Shown piece by piece: positions 28,833 through 39,434 of a DNA stretch of 64,000 bases (the first letter of the stretch is position 1; the number at the start of each line of letters is the position of its first letter). The stretch spans positions 192,001 through 256,000 of the forward strand of contig CBDBHR010000028.1 of the NCBI GenBank assembly GCA_965205865.1. Direction: 5' to 3'. The position numbers and the translations under genes were made by a program. The DNA is from a bacterium (GTDB lineage: Bacteria; SAR324; NAC60-12). The notes under the pieces were generated by a model that saw only the letters and a list, made by a program, of their open reading frames with translations, ran no database searches and was not told the DNA's origin.

Positions 28833-31046
28833 ATGAATCTCAAAAAAAAAGTTTTACTCCGTATCTTGGAACAGAGCGGAGCGCCTTTGAGTTTGAAACA
28901 AATTCGCCACCGGCTGGGAGTCAAAAAACAGCAACTGGCAAAGCTCAAAGCCTTGCTGGATGCTCTCGTTCTGAAAGGTAAATTAGAGCAGGTCGGCGGC
29001 GAATTTCTCTTGGCCAGCAAACGTTCTTGCGCTTCACAGTCTCCACCATCCCTTCATAAAAAGGCGCATGCCAATAAATCAATTCTTCCCGGTTTGAGGG
29101 GAATTTTTTCCAAGACTCCCCGGGGGTTTGGGTTTGTGAGCATGGCAAAAGGGCAAGATGTTTACATTTCCCGCCGAGATCGGCATGGAGCGCTGGATGG
29201 CGACCGGGTGGAGGTCGTCCTGACCGGAAGCCGGCGTCCTGGTCAGCGAAAAGGAAAAATCGTAGGGATTGTAGAAAAAAAGCCCCGCTCTTTTCTAGCC
29301 CGTCTGGTTCGGGGAAAACGGATGACTCTGGCCCTGCCGATCAACAAAAATTCCGAATTACCACCCGTCGTGATTTCGCCGCAAGACGATTTGGCGGAAG
29401 CACGGTCGGGAGATTTGATTTCAGGGATTTTGGTGCCGGCACTTGCTCATTCGAAAGATATATTTGGCAAAATCCTCAAAGTCTTGCCAGCGCAAACCAT
29501 GGATGAGTTAGCCTTTGATTTGATTTTGACCGAAAATCAAATTGCAACGGAATTTTCAGAAGAAGCCTGCTGCGCAGCAGAAAATCTTCCGCAACGCGTC
29601 CTCTTCCATGCTGAATCCGGTCGGGTCGATTTACGAGCCTTGGGATTTGTCACGATTGACGGCAAAAATGCCAGGGATTTCGATGATGCGGTTTATGTGG
29701 AAAAACAGGACTCGGGCACATTCCGTTTATTCGTTGCTATTGCAGATGTTGCCCATTACGTCCGTCCCAATTGTCCAATTGATCAGGAAGCATATCAACG
29801 AGGAACCAGCGTCTATTTTCCCACTCATGCCATTCCCATGCTTCCTGATATCTTGTCGAATCACCTGTGCAGTTTGCGTCCGGGAGTCAACCGGCTGACT
29901 CTGACCTGTGAAATGGAAATCAATGCCGAAGGCCAGGTACGAGATTTTTCGATCTATGAGAGTCTGATTCGCAGCCAGGCCCGTCTGACTTACGAGGAGG
30001 TGGCAGCTTTTCTGGAGGGAAACCCGACTAACATCCGCAGTAAAAAAATCCGGGATTCGTTACGGATCATGTATGAGTTGTCTGAATTGCTCGCTCGCAA
30101 GCGCTACCAGCGAGGCGCCATCGATTTTATCTTCCCCGAGTATAGAGTGGAATTGAATGAGACGGGAGAAATCGTGGGATTTCGCAAAGAATTTCAGTCG
30201 GTTTCGATGCGAATCATCGAACAATTCATGTTGGAAGCCAATGAAACTGTCGCCCAACATTGTCTCCGTTATGATTTGCCAGGATTGTACCGTGTCCATG
30301 ACAAGCCGGACATATTCAAAATGGAAAAACTGCAAAACACCTTCTGGCGCCTGGGACTCTCCGACAAAGCCGTTTCATTCCGTAATTCCCAAAAAATCAA
30401 CCAGTTTCTCAGGAAATTGAAAGGGCATCCCCATCGCCATCAAATTCAGTTAATGCTCTTGAAGAGTATGGCCCTGGCTAGTTATCGCACTGGCAACAAA
30501 GGGCACTATGGATTGGCAGCCAAACACTATACCCATTTCACTTCCCCAATCAGGCGTTACCCGGATCTCATCGTGCAGCGAGCCCTGAAGACAAAGCTAC
30601 GGGCGGATCGCATGGGGAAACCCTACCACGGAAAAACAGTTCCCCCGGAAGTAGCAGAACATTTGTCCCAACAGGAAAGGAAAGCAGAGCTTGCAGAACG
30701 ACAAAGTTACGAGTTGATCAAGACCATTTTCCTGGAACGCTACCTCGGACAGTTCCTCGAGGCACAAGTGGTCGCGGTGCATTCTGCAGGACTGACCACG
30801 GAATTGACGGACCATCGTATTGAATGTTTTGTTCCCATGGAGGCGCTCCATGACGATTATTATCACTATGATGAAAGAAGGCTTTTGTTGTATGGCCAAA
30901 ACAGCAATCGTCTGGTTCAGGCCGGGACCTTGCTACAACTCCAAATGACACGCGCCGACCAGGTCCAGCGCACCATCGAGTTTCGACTGGAGCGCTGGCT
31001 GGATGAGCCAGCTTTGAAACCTGTTGTCGAAACTCATCAACGCTGA
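28833..31046 (+). CDS. rnr: Ribonuclease R
   Basis: GFGFV cold-shock domain, TIDGKNARDFDDA, YTHFTSPIRRYPDL, C-terminal S1 domain. Confidence 0.94.
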   Translation: MNLKKKVLLRILEQSGAPLSLKQIRHRLGVKKQQLAKLKALLDALVLKGKLEQVGGEFLLASKRSCASQSPPSLHKKAHANKSILPGLRGIFSKTPRGFGFVSMAKGQDVYISRRDRHGALDGDRVEVVLTGSRRPGQRKGKIVGIVEKKPRSFLARLVRGKRMTLALPINKNSELPPVVISPQDDLAEARSGDLISGILVPALAHSKDIFGKILKVLPAQTMDELAFDLILTENQIATEFSEEACCAAENLPQRVLFHAESGRVDLRALGFVTIDGKNARDFDDAVYVEKQDSGTFRLFVAIADVAHYVRPNCPIDQEAYQRGTSVYFPTHAIPMLPDILSNHLCSLRPGVNRLTLTCEMEINAEGQVRDFSIYESLIRSQARLTYEEVAAFLEGNPTNIRSKKIRDSLRIMYELSELLARKRYQRGAIDFIFPEYRVELNETGEIVGFRKEFQSVSMRIIEQFMLEANETVAQHCLRYDLPGLYRVHDKPDIFKMEKLQNTFWRLGLSDKAVSFRNSQKINQFLRKLKGHPHRHQIQLMLLKSMALASYRTGNKGHYGLAAKHYTHFTSPIRRYPDLIVQRALKTKLRADRMGKPYHGKTVPPEVAEHLSQQERKAELAERQSYELIKTIFLERYLGQFLEAQVVAVHSAGLTTELTDHRIECFVPMEALHDDYYHYDERRLLLYGQNSNRLVQAGTLLQLQMTRADQVQRTIEFRLERWLDEPALKPVVETHQR

Positions 31047-31058
31047 CACTGAATAACC

Positions 31059-32675
31059 ATGGCCAAAACCATCTATTCCCTGGCAATCCATCCCGAATGT
31101 ATTGAAGGGATACAATTGGTCAAACGCAATGAACGCTTTTCGAGCAAAGCAGAGCATTCCTCCGCGTTCCTTCCCATATCAAAGGGCGTGACACTGGAGG
31201 AAAGGATAGAAAATTTCTTGGAAACACATAAATGGAGCAATCATCAAATCTCCTTGATCATCCCTTGCGAAGAAGTCTCTTTCCGTGTCCTCAATTTTCC
31301 ATTTCAGGACAAAAAGAAGGTCAAGATGGCCCTCCCGTTCGAGATTGAAAGCGAAGTTCTCACGGAGAGAGAAGACAGCAAGTATCAATACGCCACGCAA
31401 ATGCTGCCTGATGGGACAACTCGGGTATTTTTACTTGTCATCCCCACCGCCTATCTGCAAATGCTGATCCTGCTTTGCGCCCGGTATGACCTTTTGATCA
31501 AGAATATTGATTGTGCCGCGTATAAACTGTTCAATAGCATTCCCTCCCCCGAGGAGAATAATCCCCGCTTCCAGGTTTACCTTGGAGTCGAAGAAACGTT
31601 CATAAATGTGATTGAAAACCAACATCTCCAGGCCATTAAAGTTTTTCCCAACCGGCTCGCCTCCTATCTGAAAGAATCCCCGGGCATACAGCAGTTGGAT
31701 CGTCATGATCTTTGTCAAAGCATCCTCGATGCTCCCAAAATACCGGCACCCGGAAGACAGAACCAATCCAACCCCTCGCCAGCATCTCTTATCCAAGATG
31801 AAATACTGATTCTGTGTACGCAGTTTAACTTGTTTGCAAGAACTTGGAATTTTCGGGAATCCCCTCATGTCTCCTATCATGGCTTGTTCGGTATTCTCCT
31901 TGAATGGGATGGCGCATCCTTTAAACTGCGCAATGGCGTGTCGGCGCATAGTGCGAATCTGGCTTATGAAAATTCCCCACCGAATACTCCGGTTCAAAAT
32001 CCGGGGGAAGGAACCCCATTGCATTCTCAGGAAATCAAGTCTTTTTTATCCGGTTTTAAGCCTCATTGGGGAATCCTGGGAGAATTGAAAAAATACGGAT
32101 TACAGCATTTGGAAGGACATGATCTTTCTTTCTATTCTGAAGGGACTCCCATGATCCGTTTTCTCCGGAAACACCGTCTGAAGCTGGTCATCTGCGTAGT
32201 ATTTTTTATGCTTATGGTGGGAAGCTCGGGAGCCAACTATTTTCTGGAACTAAACTATTGGGAAAATGAGATAGCCCGAACCGAATCCCAATTGAATAAC
32301 ATATTGCATCATCTGCTTCCAGACGATTCCAGCCTTGATATCCAAGCAGCCATTACTTTGTTGCAAACCCGAGTTTCACAAAAAAAGAAGCTCCAAAAGG
32401 AAACACGTTTCAATCATCGCAAATACCACATCCTATCATTTATAAAAAAAATTTCTGCAGCATTGCCGGATGATGAATCTTTCAATATCAAAAGTATGGA
32501 ACTGAACAACTCCCGTTTCAAAGTCACCGGGAACGCCGGTAGTTACGAAGATCTGGAAATCTTCACAAACAGACTGTCCGTATTCGAGGAATTCAAAGAC
32601 AAAACCCTGCTTCCGGATTACCGGAAAAGCCAAGATAAAATTTTCTATACCATTACATTCAATCACCAACCATGA
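31059..32675 (+). CDS. gspL: Type II secretion GspL/PilM-PilN-like protein
   Basis: Actin-like N-terminal region (RVLNFPF.DKKKV..ALPFEIE), one TM, PilN-like periplasmic domain; cluster context. Confidence 0.7.
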   Translation: MAKTIYSLAIHPECIEGIQLVKRNERFSSKAEHSSAFLPISKGVTLEERIENFLETHKWSNHQISLIIPCEEVSFRVLNFPFQDKKKVKMALPFEIESEVLTEREDSKYQYATQMLPDGTTRVFLLVIPTAYLQMLILLCARYDLLIKNIDCAAYKLFNSIPSPEENNPRFQVYLGVEETFINVIENQHLQAIKVFPNRLASYLKESPGIQQLDRHDLCQSILDAPKIPAPGRQNQSNPSPASLIQDEILILCTQFNLFARTWNFRESPHVSYHGLFGILLEWDGASFKLRNGVSAHSANLAYENSPPNTPVQNPGEGTPLHSQEIKSFLSGFKPHWGILGELKKYGLQHLEGHDLSFYSEGTPMIRFLRKHRLKLVICVVFFMLMVGSSGANYFLELNYWENEIARTESQLNNILHHLLPDDSSLDIQAAITLLQTRVSQKKKLQKETRFNHRKYHILSFIKKISAALPDDESFNIKSMELNNSRFKVTGNAGSYEDLEIFTNRLSVFEEFKDKTLLPDYRKSQDKIFYTITFNHQP

Positions 32676-33154
32676 GTTTATCACCACGGAAATGGATTTT
32701 GATTGCCATCATGCTGATTTTGCTTGCTTTCACTGGCGGCACGTTCGGATTTCAGAAATTGCGGAACCATCGTGCCCAAATTCAGGCAAATCTTAGCTTG
32801 AAGCAAAAACAACTGGAAATTTTGCAACTTCTGGAAAAAGAGTGGTTGGCATTGAATCGCAATCCCACGCTTCCGGTGATCCCTCAATCTTTGAATGCGT
32901 CTCTTGAAAATATGGCCCGGCAATTGAATATTGGAGAGAAACTGCAATTGAACCCTATTCCCAAGCCGCCTTTGGGAATGGAAGGGATTCGGGTGCGGAT
33001 GAATCGGTTGAACCTCGATGAAATGTTTGATATTCTTTATTTTCTGGAAAATCATAAACCGGTTTTATTGATCGAGCAATGGGAAATTATAACCCTTCCC
33101 AGCTCCGCGTTGCTGCGTCTTTCTTTTCGTATTTTCAAACAGAAACCAGCATGA
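32672..33154 (+). CDS. gspM: GspM-like protein
   Basis: N-terminal TM, coiled coil, ferredoxin-like C-terminus; follows gspL. Confidence 0.6.
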   Translation: MSLSPRKWILIAIMLILLAFTGGTFGFQKLRNHRAQIQANLSLKQKQLEILQLLEKEWLALNRNPTLPVIPQSLNASLENMARQLNIGEKLQLNPIPKPPLGMEGIRVRMNRLNLDEMFDILYFLENHKPVLLIEQWEIITLPSSALLRLSFRIFKQKPA

Positions 33155-33226
33155 TGATGGCTCCAACGCTCTTCATGCCCATCCATGACCTCCTGCAGGA
33201 GGACAAACTTTGATGTTTTGGAGAAG

Positions 33227-34150
33227 ATGCTGGCTATGTGGTTCCGTAACGGATTGTTTTTGATTGTTTTTCTGCTTCTCGGCAGCCTCTTTTTGTTGTT
33301 GGGATTACAATACAATTTTCCAGGTCACGCCGTTGCCACTTATGCAGAACAGCAATTTGCGGCACACACGCCGTTTCAACTCCGGATTGCGCCCTTACAG
33401 TGGAAAAATCCGAAGAATCTGGTGAGCGATCGCGTCGTCGCGCTCGCTCCTCCCACGATTCCTCTCTCCCATCTTTTCGTTCTGGAAAACCTCCAGTTGG
33501 ATTTTCTTCCTTCATTGCCTTGGATTGATCCACGAAAAATACTGATGCCGGATTTGCAAGCACAGGCTTATGGGGGGCAAATCCTGGCAACCGTCAATCT
33601 CCTAAAACGGGAGAATGTGGAGTTAGCAATCAAAAAAATGACCTTGGATCATATCCCCGCTCTCCTTTTGATCCCTTACATCGAGTTGAAGGGTTTGCTT
33701 TGGTTGGATGCAAGCATCGACAATTTGCAAGAACTACAAAGTGGAGAGAGCATACTACCCAAGGGCAAAATAATCGCGAAACTGGAAAATACTCGGATCA
33801 TTGCGAAGAATCTGCAGGAATTGATTCCAGGAGGACTGACTCTCCCGGAATTAACGTTTCCGGAAATCCTTCTCGAATTGGATTACAATAATTCGCTCAC
33901 CATCCATCATATTCGCTTGACAGGAGCATTGGAGGGAACCATTGACGGAAAAATATTCTTGAACCAGCGCGATTTACCGGCATCACGCGTACAGTTGCAC
34001 TTGAAACTCAAATTGTCCGAAAAGACTGAACGGGAATTTGGTCCCTTGGCTCTCTTTTTTCGCGGATTCAAATGCGGCGATTTGATGGATTTTGATCTCT
34101 CCGGAACCCTGGGACGCTTGAACCCTCCCACAAAACGGGCATGTTCATGA
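33227..34150 (+). CDS. gspN: GspN-like protein
   Basis: N-terminal TM followed by NFP and beta-rich domain ending LSGTLGRL; follows gspM. Start uncertain. Confidence 0.6.
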   Translation: MLAMWFRNGLFLIVFLLLGSLFLLLGLQYNFPGHAVATYAEQQFAAHTPFQLRIAPLQWKNPKNLVSDRVVALAPPTIPLSHLFVLENLQLDFLPSLPWIDPRKILMPDLQAQAYGGQILATVNLLKRENVELAIKKMTLDHIPALLLIPYIELKGLLWLDASIDNLQELQSGESILPKGKIIAKLENTRIIAKNLQELIPGGLTLPELTFPEILLELDYNNSLTIHHIRLTGALEGTIDGKIFLNQRDLPASRVQLHLKLKLSEKTEREFGPLALFFRGFKCGDLMDFDLSGTLGRLNPPTKRACS

Positions 34151-35202
34151 AAATAATCTCCCTTAAATTCGGGGTGTTTTTTTTCCTTTCCTCTCTTTTT
34201 ATTGGCAGCACGCTGGTCTATGAGACTTATACTTTTCTGCGCAATCCGGTGACGGACCAGCAAAAACCCCTGTCGAAAGTCATTGAAATCCCTCAGGGCG
34301 CAGGATTTGGACAAGTGGTGCGGATCTTGTCGGAAAACAATTTGATAGATCAGCCTTTGTATTTTCATCTATTGGCTTATTTTCGTAGCGCCTTCTCCCA
34401 AATCCAGGCCGGAGAATTTGAAATACAAGGTCACTGGACTCCCGGTCAGTTGCTGGATTACTTAGTACGGGGACGACCTCAATTGCACCGGGTGACCGTC
34501 CCGGAAGGATTGGTTTTCGAGGACATTGCGGCACGTCTGGAGCAAGCAGGAATGGGTGAAAGGGAAACATATCAGACCTTGAAAACTAGTCTGACCCTGC
34601 GAAAACTGGTGAAGATCACTTCTTCCGTGGAACACCCGGTCGTTCCCTCACTGGAGGGATTTTTATTTCCTGAAACCTACTTTTTCAGCAAAAATGCCTC
34701 TGAAACCACTATTTTGACGACCATGATCGAGCAGTTCAATCAGAACTACGCGGAGCTCAACCGTCAAAGAGCCATCAAGTTGGGGCTCAGCGACTATGAA
34801 GTGATCACCTTGGCTTCCATGGTCGAAAAAGAGACCGCCTCGGAGCATGATCGCTATTTGGTTTCTGCCGTGTTTCACAATCGTCTGAAAAAGAAGATGC
34901 GGCTCGAGAGTGACCCCACCGTGATTTATGGAATTGATAATTTTGATGGCAATCTGACCCACCACCACTTAAAAACACCAACGCCATATAATACTTATAC
35001 CAATTTTGGTTTGCCACCCGGTCCCATTTGCAATCCGGGAAAAGCGGCCATTCGAAGTACGCTGAATCCGGCAGATGTGGATTATCTCTATTTTGTGGCA
35101 CGAGGCGATGGCAGCAGTCAATTTTCTTCAAATTTGAAAAACCATAACGAAGCCGTGCAACAATATCAGAGAAACCGAAGAATAGCCTCAGGTCGTCTGT
35201 GA
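34141..35202 (+). CDS. mltG: Endolytic transglycosylase
   Basis: LEGFLFPETY, LASMVEKE, LESDPTVIY, PYNTY..GLPPGPICNPG, YLYFV. Confidence 0.95.
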   Translation: MFMKIISLKFGVFFFLSSLFIGSTLVYETYTFLRNPVTDQQKPLSKVIEIPQGAGFGQVVRILSENNLIDQPLYFHLLAYFRSAFSQIQAGEFEIQGHWTPGQLLDYLVRGRPQLHRVTVPEGLVFEDIAARLEQAGMGERETYQTLKTSLTLRKLVKITSSVEHPVVPSLEGFLFPETYFFSKNASETTILTTMIEQFNQNYAELNRQRAIKLGLSDYEVITLASMVEKETASEHDRYLVSAVFHNRLKKKMRLESDPTVIYGIDNFDGNLTHHHLKTPTPYNTYTNFGLPPGPICNPGKAAIRSTLNPADVDYLYFVARGDGSSQFSSNLKNHNEAVQQYQRNRRIASGRL

Positions 35203-35236
35203 GGCATCCTGTTTTGCATTGCATCAATTAAATTCC

Positions 35237-36481
35237 ATGCCTCTTTATCAATACCGCGCATTTGATCACAACGAAAAACTCCACAAAGGGACCCATCATG
35301 CTTCCTCGGAAAGTGAAGTTCAGCAGTTTTTGCGATCCAACAATCTTTATCCAATTGAAATCAAACTCACCCGTTTTTCACGAAATAAAGAAAAAGGACA
35401 GTCTCGGGGCTCAATAGTAAACTGGCAAGCATGGGGTTTTTATAAAAGAAACCGGCACAAACAAGTCAGCATCTTCACTCGGCAGTTGCAGACTCTTCTG
35501 GAAGTGACGATTCCCTACGACAAGGCCTTGGAAATGATCATCGTGCAAACCGAAGATCCTGCATTTCAAAGCGTCCTTTCAGACATGCGGAGCAGAGTGA
35601 TGGAAGGGGCTCATCTGGCTGAAGCCATGGAACACTATCCGTCTGTCTTTTCTCGCATGTATGTCAGTATGGTTCGTTCCGGAGAGAACAGTGGAACACT
35701 GGGAGTGATCATGCATCGGCTGGCGAACTTTTATGAAAATCAGGAAAAACTGCGGAGCAAACTCAAATCAGCCATGATTTATCCCGCGTTTATGGTTTGC
35801 TTCAGCCTGTCCGTCATCACCTTCATGATGCTCTATATCGTGCCAAAAATCACGGCGGTTTTTCAAATACGAGGGGTGATCCTGCCCTTACCTACTCGAA
35901 TATTGATCGGAGTCAGTGAATTTCTCGCGGAGCATTGGTTCATTTCATTATGGGGATGCGGCTTCCTGTTCGCCGGCAGCGCTTACTTTCTGAAAACCCC
36001 CGCTGGCATGCGCTTCAAAGACAGGCTGAGCCTTGTCATTCCTCTCTTGAATCGACTGGTCATCAAAATATTGGTCTTTCGTTTTTGTCAAACCTTGGGG
36101 ACTTTGCTCAAGAGCGGAGTTGACCTCAAATCCGCCTTGGAAATTTCCAAACACGTGGTTGTCAATCACCTGTTTCTGGAAAGATTAAATCAACTGATTA
36201 GGGATGTTAATAACAAGGGAATCCCCCTTTCCGCAGCCATGCGGCGTGTTTCTTTTTTCCCGGACTACGTCTGTCACGTGGTCGCTATCGGTGAGCAGTC
36301 CGCCAAGGTGGACGAACTTCTCGAAAAAGTAGCGGACCAAATGGAAGTCGAAGTTTCTAATACAATGGAAGGGCTCACCTCCTTGTTGCAGCCTGTCATG
36401 ATTTTGATAATGGGAGGAATCATCGGATTCATTGCCGTGGCCATTTTATTACCGATGCTCACCATGAATCAATTGTTGTAA
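35237..36481 (+). CDS. gspF: Type II secretion inner-membrane platform protein F
   Basis: FTRQLQTLL, SGENSG.L, SAMIYP, GEQS..DELL motifs. Confidence 0.92.
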   Translation: MPLYQYRAFDHNEKLHKGTHHASSESEVQQFLRSNNLYPIEIKLTRFSRNKEKGQSRGSIVNWQAWGFYKRNRHKQVSIFTRQLQTLLEVTIPYDKALEMIIVQTEDPAFQSVLSDMRSRVMEGAHLAEAMEHYPSVFSRMYVSMVRSGENSGTLGVIMHRLANFYENQEKLRSKLKSAMIYPAFMVCFSLSVITFMMLYIVPKITAVFQIRGVILPLPTRILIGVSEFLAEHWFISLWGCGFLFAGSAYFLKTPAGMRFKDRLSLVIPLLNRLVIKILVFRFCQTLGTLLKSGVDLKSALEISKHVVVNHLFLERLNQLIRDVNNKGIPLSAAMRRVSFFPDYVCHVVAIGEQSAKVDELLEKVADQMEVEVSNTMEGLTSLLQPVMILIMGGIIGFIAVAILLPMLTMNQLL

Positions 36482-36494
36482 ATGACTCTACTTA

Positions 36495-36726
36495 ACCTGA
36501 GTTCGAGATAATAATTTAATAATTTCAATATGTCATGGAATCTTCATATCTTAGAGAAAGCTTGTCATTCCTGCGAGATCCCTGCGTACGCAGGGAAGGA
36601 ATCCGGAGGTATACAGCCAGACTGAAATCCGGATCCCCGCTCCCCGCTTTCGCGGGGACAAGTTTCGCGAGGATGACGTCTACACCAGGATACTCATCTT
36701 ATTGAAGATTTATGTCGAACTCGGGT
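36495..36726. mobile_element. MITE-like element (232 bp) enclosing a REP-like palindrome
   Basis: Terminal inverted repeats ACCTGAGTTCGAGATAA / TTATGTCGAACTCGGGT (15/17 match), flanked by 6-bp direct repeat TACTTA; no ORF; internal GTCATTCCTGCG...CGCGAGGATGAC hairpin. Confidence 0.75.
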
Positions 36727-36826
36727 TACTTAAGGTGAAGGGAGAGAAAAGAATTTTTTCGACTATTTCCCAGAGAAGCGGTACTATGAATTCAGCAAAC
36801 CTCTTTCTGCAGATTCAAGGTTTCAT

Positions 36827-37279
36827 ATGAAAGTTCTCAAGCAAAAAAAATCCCTTGCAAAACGAAGAAAACGTAATGGATTCAGCTTCATCGAAATCAT
36901 GGTGGTCATTATCATCATCGGATTGTTAGCAACCATCGTGGGGGTCAATCTGCTCCCTTCGGTTGATGAAGCAAAAATCAAAATCAGTATTGCCAATATC
37001 CGCAGTTTGGAAGCAGCCTTGGATTTGTATCGTCTTCACAACGCCACCTATCCCAGTACGGAACAAGGACTGAAAGCATTGAAGGAAAAACCGGAAGTTG
37101 GCAGAATCCCTGAGCAATGGAATGGACCCTATCTTAAAAATAAGCTGCCTCAGGATGGCTGGAGCCGGGATTATACATATTCCAGCGACGGGCAAACCTA
37201 CGAAATCAACTCCATGGGTAATGATGGCGTCGAAGGCGGAACGGATGCAAACGCAGATCTCTCTTCCCGTGACATCTGA
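36827..37279 (+). CDS. gspG: Type II secretion major pseudopilin G
   Basis: GFSFIEIMVV prepilin site, ALDLYRL, YPSTEQGL.AL, WNGPYL. Confidence 0.96.
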   Translation: MKVLKQKKSLAKRRKRNGFSFIEIMVVIIIIGLLATIVGVNLLPSVDEAKIKISIANIRSLEAALDLYRLHNATYPSTEQGLKALKEKPEVGRIPEQWNGPYLKNKLPQDGWSRDYTYSSDGQTYEINSMGNDGVEGGTDANADLSSRDI

Positions 37280-37832
37280 TCCACAATCATTTCGTTTAAC
37301 GCCAGGAAAACGCTTTGCCGGATTCTCATTCCTGGAAATGATGATCGTGCTGTTTCTGTTAGGCCTTTTGGCGACTTTTGCCGCACCCCAGTTTATTACC
37401 GCCATCGAAAAAACCAGGGATACGGAGTTTCGCCATTTGACCCGGGTACTCAACCTGCTGCGCAATGAATCCATCTTGGGGAATAAGCGTTTTTTTATTA
37501 TTTTTGATCCCAAAGAACAGAAATTCCATATTGAACTACAGCGCAAAGAGGGAGGACGGATTGAGGTGGAAAATCCCCGTATCTTGAGACCTCACAGCTT
37601 TGCGGAGAACTTCCATTTAGAGAATATTTCTTTGACGGTTCAAGCTCCTTCCAGCCGGGCCCAATGGATTTTAATGGAAACTTCCATCAAAAAACCGGTG
37701 GCCATCCGGATCGACAGCTCCGGATTTGTCACTCCATTCATGCTATTCTTTTCCGTTGGTAAAAAGATTTGGGTCATTCAAAGCAAAGATATCTTGGGTC
37801 ATCTGGAAATGAAGGAGCTCCAAGATGCATGA
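37245..37832 (+). CDS. gspH: Minor pseudopilin H-like
   Basis: GFSFLEMMIVL prepilin site. Start is ATG 37245 or GTG 37269. Confidence 0.75.
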   Translation: MQTQISLPVTSDPQSFRLTPGKRFAGFSFLEMMIVLFLLGLLATFAAPQFITAIEKTRDTEFRHLTRVLNLLRNESILGNKRFFIIFDPKEQKFHIELQRKEGGRIEVENPRILRPHSFAENFHLENISLTVQAPSSRAQWILMETSIKKPVAIRIDSSGFVTPFMLFFSVGKKIWVIQSKDILGHLEMKELQDA

Positions 37833-38223
37833 CCCGCAAAAAGAGATGGAACCAGTAAAAGGATTTACCTTGCTTGAAGTGCTGATCGCCTTGAGTATTT
37901 TAACGATGGTCCTTATCACAATCTATCAATCCTTCTCCTCCTCTGTCTTCTTGCTTTCTTCCACGAAAAACCTTTGGAACGCCATGACCCATACCCAAAA
38001 TGAATTGACGAGGTGGGAACGCAGTGTCAACGCGCCGATTTCCATCGCGCAAGGTACTTTCGAGGAAGATCATGAGTTGGCGGGTTTCAATTGGATACGG
38101 GAAATTTCCGATGTTTCTCCTTTTCCAGGAGTATTTGTCAGAAAAGTGGAATATGAGATTCAATGGCAGGAAGGGGGGCAGGATTATTCATACGATGCCG
38201 AAATTTACATCCACCCCGACTGA
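37825..38223 (+). CDS. gspI: Minor pseudopilin I-like
   Basis: GFTLLEVLIAL prepilin site; size and order. Confidence 0.8.
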   Translation: MHDPQKEMEPVKGFTLLEVLIALSILTMVLITIYQSFSSSVFLLSSTKNLWNAMTHTQNELTRWERSVNAPISIAQGTFEEDHELAGFNWIREISDVSPFPGVFVRKVEYEIQWQEGGQDYSYDAEIYIHPD

Positions 38224-38968
38224 TTCTCTGATCATTCAAAATGGATTTTCTTTGCTGGAGGCGTTGGTCGCGATTGTTTTGCTTTCAACCATCTTAGCAT
38301 TGCTTTACAACGCATTTTTTCAAATTTCCGATGCCACCAAAGATATTGCTGACTCCCTGAAAGCTGAACAGGAACTGCGCCTGTTGATGAAAATCGTCTT
38401 AGATGACCTGCAAGCGGTCCAATTCTTGGAACGCTTGATCGTGCATAACCATGCGGATGAAGCGGAATATTATCACACGGGAATATTTTCACGAAGAATT
38501 TCCGGCCCGGATGAAAAGAGGGTCAATTTCATTCATTTCCATACGGCCATTCCCACTCGTTTTTTTCCCCAAGCGATTGAACTGGAGAAAGATCCGGAAC
38601 TGCATGAAGTGGAATATTATCTGGATTTTGATGCCTTTTCCCAAAAATGGCTTTTCAAACGTCGGGAAGATTTTTATGTCGATGCTGATATCTCTGAAGG
38701 AGGAATTGAACAAATCTTGTCAGAATCGGTGGTAGGCTTTGATTTGCAGTTCATGGAGCAAAATATCTTACAAGCTAATGGGGAACTTCGGGAAGTTTGG
38801 GTGGAAGAATGGGATTCTCGAGAAGGTGACTGCACTGCCACGCCCCAGCCCGGAAAAATCCCCTGCTTGCCCTTAGCAGTTCGATTAACGATGGCTCTGA
38901 AAAGGCAAAACAACTTGATCGTCTCCGACGTCTTGGAGGTCAACTTGCCCTTATCGTTACAACAATAA
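38195..38968 (+). CDS. gspJ: Minor pseudopilin J-like
   Basis: GFSLLEALVAI prepilin site, WVEEWDS and LPLAVRL motifs. Confidence 0.8.
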   Translation: MPKFTSTPTDSLIIQNGFSLLEALVAIVLLSTILALLYNAFFQISDATKDIADSLKAEQELRLLMKIVLDDLQAVQFLERLIVHNHADEAEYYHTGIFSRRISGPDEKRVNFIHFHTAIPTRFFPQAIELEKDPELHEVEYYLDFDAFSQKWLFKRREDFYVDADISEGGIEQILSESVVGFDLQFMEQNILQANGELREVWVEEWDSREGDCTATPQPGKIPCLPLAVRLTMALKRQNNLIVSDVLEVNLPLSLQQ

Positions 38969-39125
38969 GACTCTTCAGAATTTTAAATTGGTAAGCGCAT
39001 CCCAAACTGTTTGGGAGTCTGTCCGCAGTTCAATCCTCTTCTCTATTTGTATGGAACTCTCCTGACGTCATAGAAAAATCAGATTTTTAGTACAGATCAT
39101 ATCATCCGCACTTCAAGGCACTTTT

Positions 39126-39434
39126 TTACGCAGTTTCATAGATTTCCAGAACAGAACTTTCGACAAAATCCTTAACACGTTCGCGGTATGCTGTCAAGTG
39201 GTCAGTTACAAGATGAGCTTTCAAGGCGTCGAGGTTCTCCCAACGTTCAATGATAATGATTACATCCTCTCCGGCCAGACGCTGGGCATCGAGGCCCGTT
39301 TTGGCATCGAAGGTCGGTCCATATTCTATGCATCCCTGTTCGCTCAACACTTGCGGAACGACCTTTTTGAACTCGGTCAAAAAGTCATCACGCCTACCAG
39401 CCGTGGTTTTTACCTTTGCGATTACGTGGATCAT
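39126..39434 (-). CDS. ABM-family (YgiN-like) monooxygenase
   Basis: EQGCIEY, IIERWENLDALKAHL motifs. Confidence 0.9.
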   Translation of the reverse strand: MIHVIAKVKTTAGRRDDFLTEFKKVVPQVLSEQGCIEYGPTFDAKTGLDAQRLAGEDVIIIIERWENLDALKAHLVTDHLTAYRERVKDFVESSVLEIYETA

